64,000 bases of DNA from Tubiluchus corallicola. Its lineage: Eukaryota; Animalia; Priapulida. The DNA is taken from positions 248,001 through 312,000 of the forward strand of contig JAQGDQ010000137.1 in the NCBI GenBank assembly GCA_030141605.1. The letters run 5' to 3'. The position numbers and the translations under genes are program-made. Shown in pieces: positions 54,101 to 64,000 of the stretch (positions are counted from its first letter, which is position 1; each line of letters starts with the position of its first letter). The notes below the pieces were generated by a model that had not been told where the DNA came from, did no database searches, and was given only the letters and a program-made list of their open reading frames with translations.

Positions 54101-57100
54101 TGCCGCCATACCCTTGTAAGTTTAAGGTTTATCTGTTACGAAGTCTCAAAAATTTTCTGTATAGTTTTTGTATAGTTTATAGTTTTTATCTTTGTTAATA
54201 GTGAGAAATATGTGCTTTTCATCACAGCGGCATTGTCTTATTTTGTTATGTAGGCTGTCGTGTCTGTCGTATTTTCCAAACAAGTCTAGTTTCAAAACTG
54301 AGGAAACACTTTTGCATTTTACGTTCTTCTTATCATTACATGCAATTGGAATAACTGTTGTGAAATAAACCACAATGGTTTCTAAATATTCTGACATTCA
54401 CAGTCGTAATGATATTAATAATACCGTTAACTGCCAGCTAATCTGAAAAAGTTGATACCACTTTTGCATTGTTTCTTGTCTAAAAGCATCCACTACAGTG
54501 ATGCTAATAAATGATTTCAGTAAAAACTACTGTAGTTTCATGTACTTTAAGCTTGGTAAATGGTAAGAAAATAGAATGATTTAGTTACTGCAGTTACTGT
54601 ACAGTTGCTTAACTGTTTAGCATAAGTTAACTGTTGCTTTTGATGTTTTGATGTCTTTGTATATTTGAAGGAAATCTATTGCTTTTGCTTAGTCTATAAT
54701 TTCTATTTGATTTCTCCCGACATTTAATTTCTGTTTTAATTTTAAACATTATCGGTGTTGTGAGAATCAACTTCATCTGATTAAAGTTCAAACAATTTAT
54801 TTATTTTAGAAATGGCTCCAGAAGATTTACTCTTCTTACCAAAAATTCCTGAAGATGATTATGACAGTTTACAGATATCACATAAACTACTTTCAAGTAA
54901 GTGTATGAAACTAAGATCTACATAGTTTATATCATTTGCACAGTAGGCGCTGCTTAATAGACTCACCTTGTGTGAAAGTGTTTTGATCTAATTAATGTAC
55001 TGAACCTATTAGCCGATGGATGTAGTACGGTATTACCAACATAGAAATACGAGTCATCACTCTTGAGCTTAATATGCACTGCAAAGGCTATGAGAGCTTT
55101 AAATGTCAGGTCTTTATGCTTATGCTCTGTTTTTGAAAATTAATTCAATGTTCTTAGTTGCTCTATGATGTTTAAGTGCTGGTAAAGTGACAAAGAATAT
55201 TGGCAGATTAAAGCTGCTGCATCAGTGACATAACACCAACAATTAATTGATTAAGTTTCCGTGAAAAGCAGCATGAGTTTTAAAAGGTTAATCACCAACT
55301 GTGGACCAGTTGGTGACAGATTCAAAGCAAAATCTCTAGCTGGCATGTTAGTGCGCGATAAACGTAATTGCTTTCAAGCAAAACGGTACTTAACATGATT
55401 GTTTCTACGCATGTTATAGTGCATAAAACTGAAGTAAAAATTAGTAAAAGCTGTTTAGTCACACATAAGTGTCTTAGTGTAAATACCTGAAGCAAAAATG
55501 TTGAGTCAGTAATGTGGAGTTATATGAGTCAATTACCGACAGTTTTATATGCATTTGAATTGTATATAGCAGACGATTTTTTAATCAATTAGGTAACTGA
55601 TTCTATTAACACGAGTCTAATAAATGGTACCCACTGTATTAGATTTATATATTTATTAAAAATTTTTTATAGCCTACATGTGGTTACGTGTATAAGAAAA
55701 TGACATTAAAATGGTTCCATGAATACAGTTATAATTACGTACAATTTCCCTATACATGCCTACTTACAATGAGTACAGTTAAGATCTACATTAACTTGGC
55801 AGCTAAAAGTAAGCTGTATATGTTAGATGTTTAGACCAGATGTTGATTGTAATAACTGTGATTGAATACCATATGGGAATTTATTTTTGAACATTCTAGA
55901 GGCCAGATTGAAAGAAAAACACAAAATATCTGTTCTTCCCAAGTTGCACCACAAAAAGGGAATGAATGAAGATGAGAACTTTTGTGAAAGTTTCAGCAAT
56001 GCTGCTCCATTAAAAGCGGACAGACAATTTCGCCAAAGCCTGTCCGAGCAATACATTCGTACAAGCAAGACTCTTCCAAGTCAGCAAAGCAGCGCCAGGT
56101 TTGTTCTCTGTAATGTTATTAGTGAGTGGGCAGATCTGAGGTGTGCAAACCAGAATGAAATAAATTGAAATTTAAATCTGCCAATAGCGGGACGGGTAAT
56201 TGAATATATGTGTAAATGGAGAATATACGTCAAACGGTGGGCTGAGAAGACCGGACAAAATGTGTCTGGAACCCTGATTGTGCTGTACTAAGTGGCTACA
56301 TGGGTAGGAACAAGTACCAACAACAGCCGTGGCTATTTAACAGAGCTATACAAAGTAATAGTTTGCGGCACAGAAAAGAAAAGGAGAGACTTTGTGTGAC
56401 TGTATTTTGTCTATATTGCCACATATAATTTTGTTTTGTTTGACTTTTGTACAGAAATTTTGCCGAGCTAATTAAAAAACAAAAGCAGTTGAAACTGTTG
56501 AGAAAATTTCGTAAACGTCATCGTGCAGACAAGTCGCAAGTACAAAATGAAATTGCATCTTTGATAAACTTTGAGAATGTTAGAGTGAGAAAAAATCCGA
56601 AGAAATTACGAGAGATGTTGTTCACTTTGTGGGAGAATGAACATTCTATAGGTAGGTCATTATTAAAATGGTGATGTTTCAAAATTTGATGTTCCAGTTG
56701 TTTTGTTATTATAAACATCAACTGGCCACTCCAGGCAGTTAAGAAACATGCGTGGGTTTCCATTATGGCACCTTAGTTAGTTAAAAAGCATGCCTGGGTT
56801 TCCATTAAAACACCTTAAGCAGTTATGAAGTATGCCTGGGTGTCATTATAACATTGTGAATTATTGTTTTCTGTTTTTGTGTGCATCTATAGTTTTCAGT
56901 ATTTCATTTTCTCAAGGCATTCAGTGTGAGATTCATGTTTGCATAGAAACTTCATTTAGAAGATAGTTGCTTAGTCCAGTGATTAAATTTGAAGCAGTAG
57001 GAACTCTAGATTTTATATATTGTTAAAAGTGAAAAGTGAAAATGCACCAGATTGTATTGTATTTCCTTACTTTCAATCAAGAACGTTGAATTTTAGAGAT

Positions 57101-60100
57101 AGTCCTTCTAGGATATCTACATTACAATATATGGCAAGGTTGGTCGACTGATCTTATTTGAGTCACAGCATTGTAGTGCAAAAACAAGGAATCTGAGAAT
57201 CTATTCTGATGTATTGTTGGCTCCTTAAGCACAACACTTTTTGCTGATTAGCTGGGTTCCTATAATTTGGAAACTACTTTTATATAAATAAATAAATAGA
57301 AATTCATTTGTTTCTGCTAATACAGTAACATCAGTCCTTTTTCTAACATGCAGAACACAGTGATGAGGTGGATACACGAACATATGGCACAGAGTATGAG
57401 TTACCGTCTGCATTAATATCTGCTGAAATCAGTGTAATAACAACGCTGGAAGAAAGGTGGTAAGTATTCCTCATTCTGGATGTAATGATCGTACCTTTTC
57501 AAAAAAACCTTTCCCAAGTTCCCATTTTCAACAAAATAATTTATATGCGAGACATGTCAGCTGAAAGTATAAAGTAAATAAAAATTTGTTGTTTTACTTT
57601 TCATTGTGCGTTTGAAATCAAATATTTTTAGTTTTTTAATCGTTTCTGTCGTTTGTAGAAGATAAACCGCAGTGTATTTCCTTTTTGAATATATGTCAGT
57701 ATATATATCATTTAGGAATTTGATTTCTTGGACCAAAATGTGCAAAATTCTGGTGACTAAGTGTTTAATCCATTCTTAATAACTCAAACTTTCTTTGGTG
57801 ATGGTCACTTAAATGTTAATTTTATAGCCACTCACTAATAATCTAAATCTCAGTCGAAAGCCGATTTCCTGGGTAACTAGCCAGGAAATGATTGTTAGCT
57901 GTTAAATTTATTGTTAACTGATTATGCTGTTATGTAACGTTAGTTATTTTGATATTTTGTGAGTTACTTGTTTATAGATTAAACAAAACTGTTTGATTCA
58001 CTGATTTGTTTTTATGCTATTTACGGTATATTCAAACTTTAATTCAGGCATGATCAACATAGTGCAATGTTGCCGTATGAGAAAGAATGTCGAAGAAATG
58101 AAGAAGTGTTCAACTATAAAGGGCGCAGATCTACACCAAAGAAAACTGACACGAAGACCAAGGATAAATGCGTGAGTTTTAAACTTTTTAGCAAATTTCT
58201 TCTTGACTAGTTGTAGATTAAAGACGTACTGCAAATTCATAATTTGCTGGCAAAGAATTTGAATTATCACTACAATACTAAGATTAACAATTGTGTGCTT
58301 CACAGCTCCACGTAAAATATAGGGTAATCTGGTCTAGTTTTGCTTTACTTAGCTTAGCATAGATTGCTTGTTTTTGATATTTGCTGTAATAAATGGCATA
58401 TGGGGAAAATCCTGACGAATCAGTTTAAGGATTTGTAATTTTTTTATTAAAGCATAGCTTGGACCACAGTACTATGGACAAGCTTGCTGCCAGCTAGCTT
58501 GTATACATTTTCACAAAAATATTTATGCATATGCAATGTATGTATTTGCGCTCTCATTACATATGTGACAGAATGAACTATTTTGCCTATGAAAATTTAC
58601 ACAACAAGCCATTTCACAGTTTCGCGATGCACATGCGCAGTTGCTGCAGGTTGAAGGTTAAGTGAACCCAGCTGCAACGCATCTTAATTAATTACAACTG
58701 CCACATGACGTTATGTACGTAACTACATGTAGGTGAAACACGTGGTTATTTTTGTTATTACACTACAAGTGTATAGTTTTAACCTAACAAGTTAATCTTA
58801 CCTCAAAACAGCTAGCAAAATAGACGCAAACACAAAAAACTGTTACTATTACAATAGCATGGGCTGCGAGGCACTGACAAGTGTAAGCAAATGCATTGTC
58901 TGGCACACTTAAGCTTTGACCTTTTCACGATCGGCATCAATCACTGGAACTGTGAAAAGGCTTATTCTAGTTATTTCACTTTGTTTATAGAAGGCGGCTT
59001 GGAAAAGGTTTATTAGTGACTTTGTTGCATTTCATAAGGGACTAAAGACTGAAAAAACATCAAATCTTTTCAAGTCTTTCCTTAGAGATGAACTAGTTCA
59101 TCAGTTAGAAAGTAAGTTTTTTAACAGTTTTGTTGAAATCGTGTGAGTAAAGTCATATTAACTATAACTCATTGATTAATTATTACACAGTTACCATTAG
59201 GCTTACGGTAATCTGGTGTAAAAGACGGACAGTAAATATTACCCTACATGCTAAAAGAAAATTCAAAATGCAGAATACACTAGCTGATCTTCTAACCGGA
59301 CCTACTAACAATTTGATACAAAAGAGAGCATGAAATGTAGAAAACTGGCGGAGGTCCAGGAGCAATTTTTGGGTGATGAAATCAAAATATTAAAAAATTA
59401 AGGTAAAAATTAAAAAAAACTTAAGATAATTTTTGGATTATACTGAGCTTTATTTTTTCATGCTGTTATTGTAGTTCATTTTGCTTTATATACAAATAAT
59501 GTTCTTTTGCACACCAGAAGCAGCTCAGTAGCACCCAAGAGCTTATTTTCAAGTTTAATACCCTTTTTTATAATATATACGCCATGAGAATTATGAGCGC
59601 TACTGTATTATTAATACAGTATTAGAGTACTACTACTACTAATTGTGTCAGGCGGTTGGAGCTGATGCCAAAGGAAGCCAGGTGATTTTGCAAACTTTCC
59701 TGTGACATGCCAAATGCATGCGAGTTTGTAAGTCTGCACACTATATAAATGACTAATTTCTGGCCTGCAACAGTAGCCGCTGTCTAACAACAATATGCAT
59801 GTCTAAACCATACCTATTGTCAAGAGATATCTTTTAACTGTGTTGATCATGCTGTGATCGCAAAATAATAAAACGTAGCTTATAAGTCTCAGAACACAGA
59901 TTGTAACATGCTAACTCTGCTATATATAATAGAAAAGAAACATCATATCAGATTTTACCATGAGACAATTCTTGTAATTTGTCAATTTTTTTTATAGAAC
60001 GAAGTTTAACTCACTTGACGAGAAGTCATGCTTCACACGACCCAGCTAAAATAAACGTTTGTAATAAAACCGTGTTGCTGGCTAAATTACGTTGTGATCT

Positions 60101-63100
60101 TCAGTTTTGGATAGAAGTTGTGAGGTACTGTATAACTTATACAAAAAAGCCTATGTATTCAGCAATAAATGCTTTTGTTCTGGATTACATTGCTGTACCC
60201 ATGATAAAGTGATAAAGAGTGAGCTAATTTGCATTTCACTGACAATGTTATAACCTTCCCTCTATTACAGCCTTTTAATTTGAAAGCCAGGAAGTTTTTA
60301 ACAAATTACAAGATCACAAAAAATCATAGACAGATTCATGGATGGTAAAGTTCTATTCTTCCTTACCATCCAGAATCCCTCTATGATTTTCGTTGATATT
60401 TTCAATTATGGATGCCAAATCCTTTAAGTTTTTAACAAAACTGGAATAATGGTAAAAATGTCAATTAGTCAGGAGCATTAGTCAATTTTAAATGGCAATG
60501 ATATTTTGTGCTTGGTGCTTTTCATATTTACCATCCATCAAATTATGCCTATTTGAAAAACAACGAATGAAAAAGATTCTTACCAAATAGTCGTTCATAG
60601 CATCATGAAAAGTTATCTATGACTAAGTGTTGCATTAAACTGCCTCGCTTTCTATTGCTTGTTTTTCTACTATTAGTAGACTCACTGTTCTCTATAGTTT
60701 TCAGCAGTGTTTATCAGTAGAATATTATAGTTGTTGTATATTATGGACAAATTTCAATCAAATTTAGCTTTGCTGCATCTGAAGGAACAAAATTTACTAC
60801 TTATAGGTTTCAGACTATGGCTGATTATATTGAAAAAGCAGCTAAAGCCGGAGAGAACACGCGCCTGGATGAAGTAACATTAAGACGAAAGGCATCAGCA
60901 ATATCCCAATGCTTTCTTCACTCGGCCGTGCCACCTAAACTGCAGGTATTCATCAAGGGCGTATCAAGACTTTATGACGCTGATAGTTCTGTCCTGCCCA
61001 TGTCTATTGTGAATTTATGGTTGTCTATGTAACAAAAAGTCTAAAGAATTACTTGTGGTGTATTAGAAACACTATTAACCTAGTTTTAACGTAGTCATTA
61101 TTAATTACAAGTATGTGCATAGCGCTTATATTCAAGCAGGCTGCACAACTACTTTTTGTGTAATACCTTATACCTGTTCGTTATGCGCCACTTATATAGC
61201 AGCTGCTCTCGGTTACTGCCTGTGGTGTGAAATGCACCCTTTACATGAATATGAAAGTATACACATTTTCCGAGGAGAATAAGGATTCTTTCTAAAATGT
61301 GATGCCCTCAAACTTTGGCACCCTAGGGCTATAGCCTAGTTAGCCTATTGGTTAATGCATCCCTGGTATTCATAGACGATTTATTTGGGTAATGAACGTG
61401 TTTGTAGAATTTAACGGTCTGTAATTAAAATTTTGAAATATGCCAAGTGATTGAACGGGGCCTCTGTTATAGTCTGTGTTCAGGGAATTGCAGCAGTGTC
61501 TTCAGTCTGGACTTCATTTACTTGTTTGGGAATTATAATCGCAATCAGAATTTGCAGTTTCAACTTAAGTCAGTTTGCATTTAAGTCAGCAAAGTAAATT
61601 TTGAAGACATTCCTAGATTTTTTTTGTCTTTGCGAGGTTCATAAAACCTGCACAACTGCAACTATTTCTTTAGGCAGTGCTGCGTTTACATATATATCAT
61701 ATATGCCCACCATGTCTGCTGTAGACATTGGGCAAGCAGAATTCTAAAGTACAATAAGCCTGTGCTTAAGACAGGTAAACACTGCAGTAATCCAGCAAAA
61801 AAAAAACTAGACATTGCTAGGCCAATACGTGGCTTGTCAGCACCACTTCCAATGTAAACTTTACCTTCGTGCTGTGTTTATTTTCTAGGCATTTTGTAGA
61901 AATATGCAACTTCGAGTTTGTACCGACTTATTTCAAATGGACTTTATTGTATGTAATTTCTGTAAAAGAATTGGAATTTGAGAACGTTTGGAACGTATTT
62001 CCAATGAATGTTGGATATTACTGTGCAACAAAATCATATTTAGAATCAGAAAAACAGCAGTTCACTTATTACAGTAAAAGTTGCTTCAAAGACTGCAAAA
62101 TGACTGTTTTAGTACGTGTTCACTATTTGTGCATTCAAGCTTTCAAAAACCTCACGAAGCTGACACCAAGCACAACTGAACATCCATAATACCATCAGTC
62201 GCAAACTACCCAAGAAAATTTTTTGTTTTTAATAGGTCAACATTCCTGTACACGTAGCCGATAAGCTATCATCGTCACTAAAACAACGCAAATTGAAGCG
62301 AGGACTGTTTCATGATGCAACCATGCACATATTTGTTGGATTAGCACATGAATGGAACAGGTATTTTCTTCAAAGAATTTATCATTTGCTTTAGTCAGTT
62401 AAATAATCTATTTTCTGTTTGTGTTTGAGCACTTGACTGTAATTTCATGGTTAATCATTAAAACAAGTTAGTATATGAAGGCAGGATTATTTGTCCAAAC
62501 TACCATAAAATTGGTCTAGGCTTCTAGGCTGACAAACCCTTTGCAAGGAAAAATAATATTATGCGATATCCCACTAAGTAAAAAGAAATTAAAGGCAATG
62601 GTAAATACAGACATCACACATTTTTACAATTCTAACTTTATATGTAGTCCACACATGAAAAGCTTGAGCCTTTCTTATGTTTTGATTTAAAATTACGACA
62701 AGTCTAGAGAGCTTTGTCTCCGTACTGATGAATTCGCTGGTGGGAAATATATCAGTGCTACTGTAGAAATTGCATCATACACTACATATACAATTTATTT
62801 GTAACATTTTAATATCTTGTTGGTGGCACCAGTTTTTAACTTACAATTTAGAGATGCTGCAGGCAATACAAATGTAGAATAAGCCTTGCCACAGTTTCGT
62901 TGTGCGCATGCGCAGCTACTATAGGTCGTAGGTTAAGTGCACCACAGCAACGTGTCTTAACTACAATTGTCACGTGACGTGTATGTAAGGCAAAGCCACG
63001 TAAAGTGCAGCGTAAGGTGTGCCTTTATATGCCACGTAAAGTGATTTACTAGCAGGATCTTGCCTGGGAAGAAAAAAAATGAACTAGGTAAGGTTCTAGC

Positions 63101-64000
63101 TAGCTCTTAAAACTGTTACTATTACAACACCATGGGCTGTGAGGCTTTGTCAACTGTACACAAATGCATTGTCTGGTACACTGAACCTTCATGATCATCA
63201 TGCATTGCTGGAACTGTGAAAAGGCTTATTATACTAAATTGTTTTTAGTGCGTTTTCAATGTGCTTTAAAGATTTTATCCATATTAAGCTCTTAATTTGT
63301 GAAAATATGCAGGTTCTGCAGATATAGTGTGTTGGTGAAGATTGCTAAAGCAACACAAGGATATATCACTGCAACACCTCAACCTGCTTCAGAATTGTCT
63401 CAGTTATGCTTTCTAAACTTTGACGCCAAAAAAATCAAACACGTTGTGCACACTCGTGGTGAGTTCTATTACATTTCTGTTGTGCAAAATCAAATAAGAC
63501 ACCTAAATGAGATAAATTAGCAAATTTGATTTGTTGATTTAATTAGATAGTTGATATAAAGACAATATAAAATCAGAAGTTATGGTACTGCGTGTAATAC
63601 TGCGGTCATGCTTTAACACAAGGTTTAATTGATTAAATTAATTTACCAGATTTAATTGATTTATTATTTTGTAACTGATAAGCATTGTAAATGATTACCT
63701 TTGATTATGCTACTATTATATTTTATTACATACATTTTGAGTAAAAAACATTAAAATAAAATTTATAGAGTAAGACAGCACCGTGGAGATAATGTTTTAC
63801 ACGTGGAAACAAAAGATCTGAAAATTGCTTGGTACACCACAGACATTTTTTACGCGTAAGTCAAAATGTTAACTTATCGGTTTTCAAAGCAGTTTGGCAA
63901 GTAGAATTAACTTACAAAATATTTTTGTAGAACGTGTCCCGAGATTGCAGTTTTCTTTATCTCAAGGAGTCTGCCGTATTAGTAATGCTGCAACAGCAGA
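48200..64000 (+). CDS. RGSL1: Regulator of G-protein signalling-like protein (RGSL1-like; RGS22-related), 3' end beyond window
   Basis: In-frame exon chain: 48200-48218, 48772-48845, 49305-49379, 49849-49969, 50872-51048, 51436-52193, 53800-53968, 54810-54896, 55900-56098, 56455-56651, 57354-57459, 58048-58171, 58991-59111, 59998-60124, 60807-60945, 62236-62360, 63313-63458, 63931->64000. Motifs FVDYFNVYLSLPVF, WLQCRRLPHF, KTYWLPRF, GRPFRSFL...LEFWQ, LEERW, DLQFWIEV and RKASAISQCFLHSAVPPKLQVNIP recall RGSL1/RGS22 blocks in order. Start exon is the least certain. Confidence 0.75.
56734..56850. repeat. ~42-bp degenerate tandem repeat, 3 copies
   Basis: Core (GC)AGTTA...ATGC.TGGGT.TCCATTA...CACCTTA. 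Confidence 0.75.
58606..58966 (+). mobile_element. MITE family B, copy 1
   Basis: TIR AAGCCATTTCACAGTT / AACTGTGAAAAGGCTT; colinear similarity to 62878-63230. Confidence 0.75.
60954..61365. mobile_element. hAT-type non-autonomous element with perfect 8-bp TSD
   Basis: Imperfect TIRs CAAGGGCGTATCAA / TTAATGCATCCCTG; GTATTCAT at both 60946-60953 and 61366-61373. Confidence 0.8.
62878..63230 (+). mobile_element. MITE family B, copy 2
   Basis: AATAAGCCTTGCCACAGTT / AACTGTGAAAAGGCTTATT; shares blocks such as AAAACTGTTACTATTACAA and CAAATGCATTGTCTGG with copy 1. Confidence 0.75.

Noticed and set aside
62724-62756. Hammerhead-like CTGATGA...GAAA (also ~27613-27635)
   Set aside because: Stem II is poor and no convincing stem I pairing was found.
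63769-63855. Extra RGSL1-like exon (TAG|AGTAAG...GC|GTAAGT)
   Set aside because: Open only as a phase-2 exon, while flanking junctions are phase 1; inclusion gives an immediate TAA. The direct 63458->63931 join stays in frame.

Overview
AT-rich, intron-rich animal genomic DNA, probably a marine invertebrate; the lineage cannot be fixed from sequence alone. It is not prokaryotic, so most ORF-track entries are spurious. Manual exon assembly (GT-AG sites, consistent phases) gives five genes. (1) The 5' part of a class V myosin (minus strand, runs off the left edge). (2) A complete 646-aa type I membrane protein with six Sushi/CCP domains and a tail carrying PY-like motifs and a terminal acidic dileucine (plus strand, divergent from the myosin). 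(3) A 142-aa LITAF-family gene (plus). (4) A complete 193-aa CFAP20 (minus). (5) An RGSL1-like gene (plus, head-to-head with CFAP20, runs off the right edge). Introns are full of non-autonomous transposons (Tc2/pogo-type, hAT-type, Helitron-like, SINE and LINE remnants), foldbacks and satellites. Best leads: a phase-compatible alternative N-terminus hidden in myosin V intron 4; an endolysosomal-looking cluster (MyoV / Sushi-PY receptor / LITAF); a ciliary-looking CFAP20-RGSL1 bidirectional promoter with X-box-like sites; a hAT insertion whose target-site duplication is a splice donor; a ~296-bp (CT)n tract starting inside a CFAP20 donor; a perfect 43-bp hairpin; and an inverted repeat with decayed hammerhead-like cores. 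Family assignments rest on recalled motifs, not database searches. No new biological system is proven.
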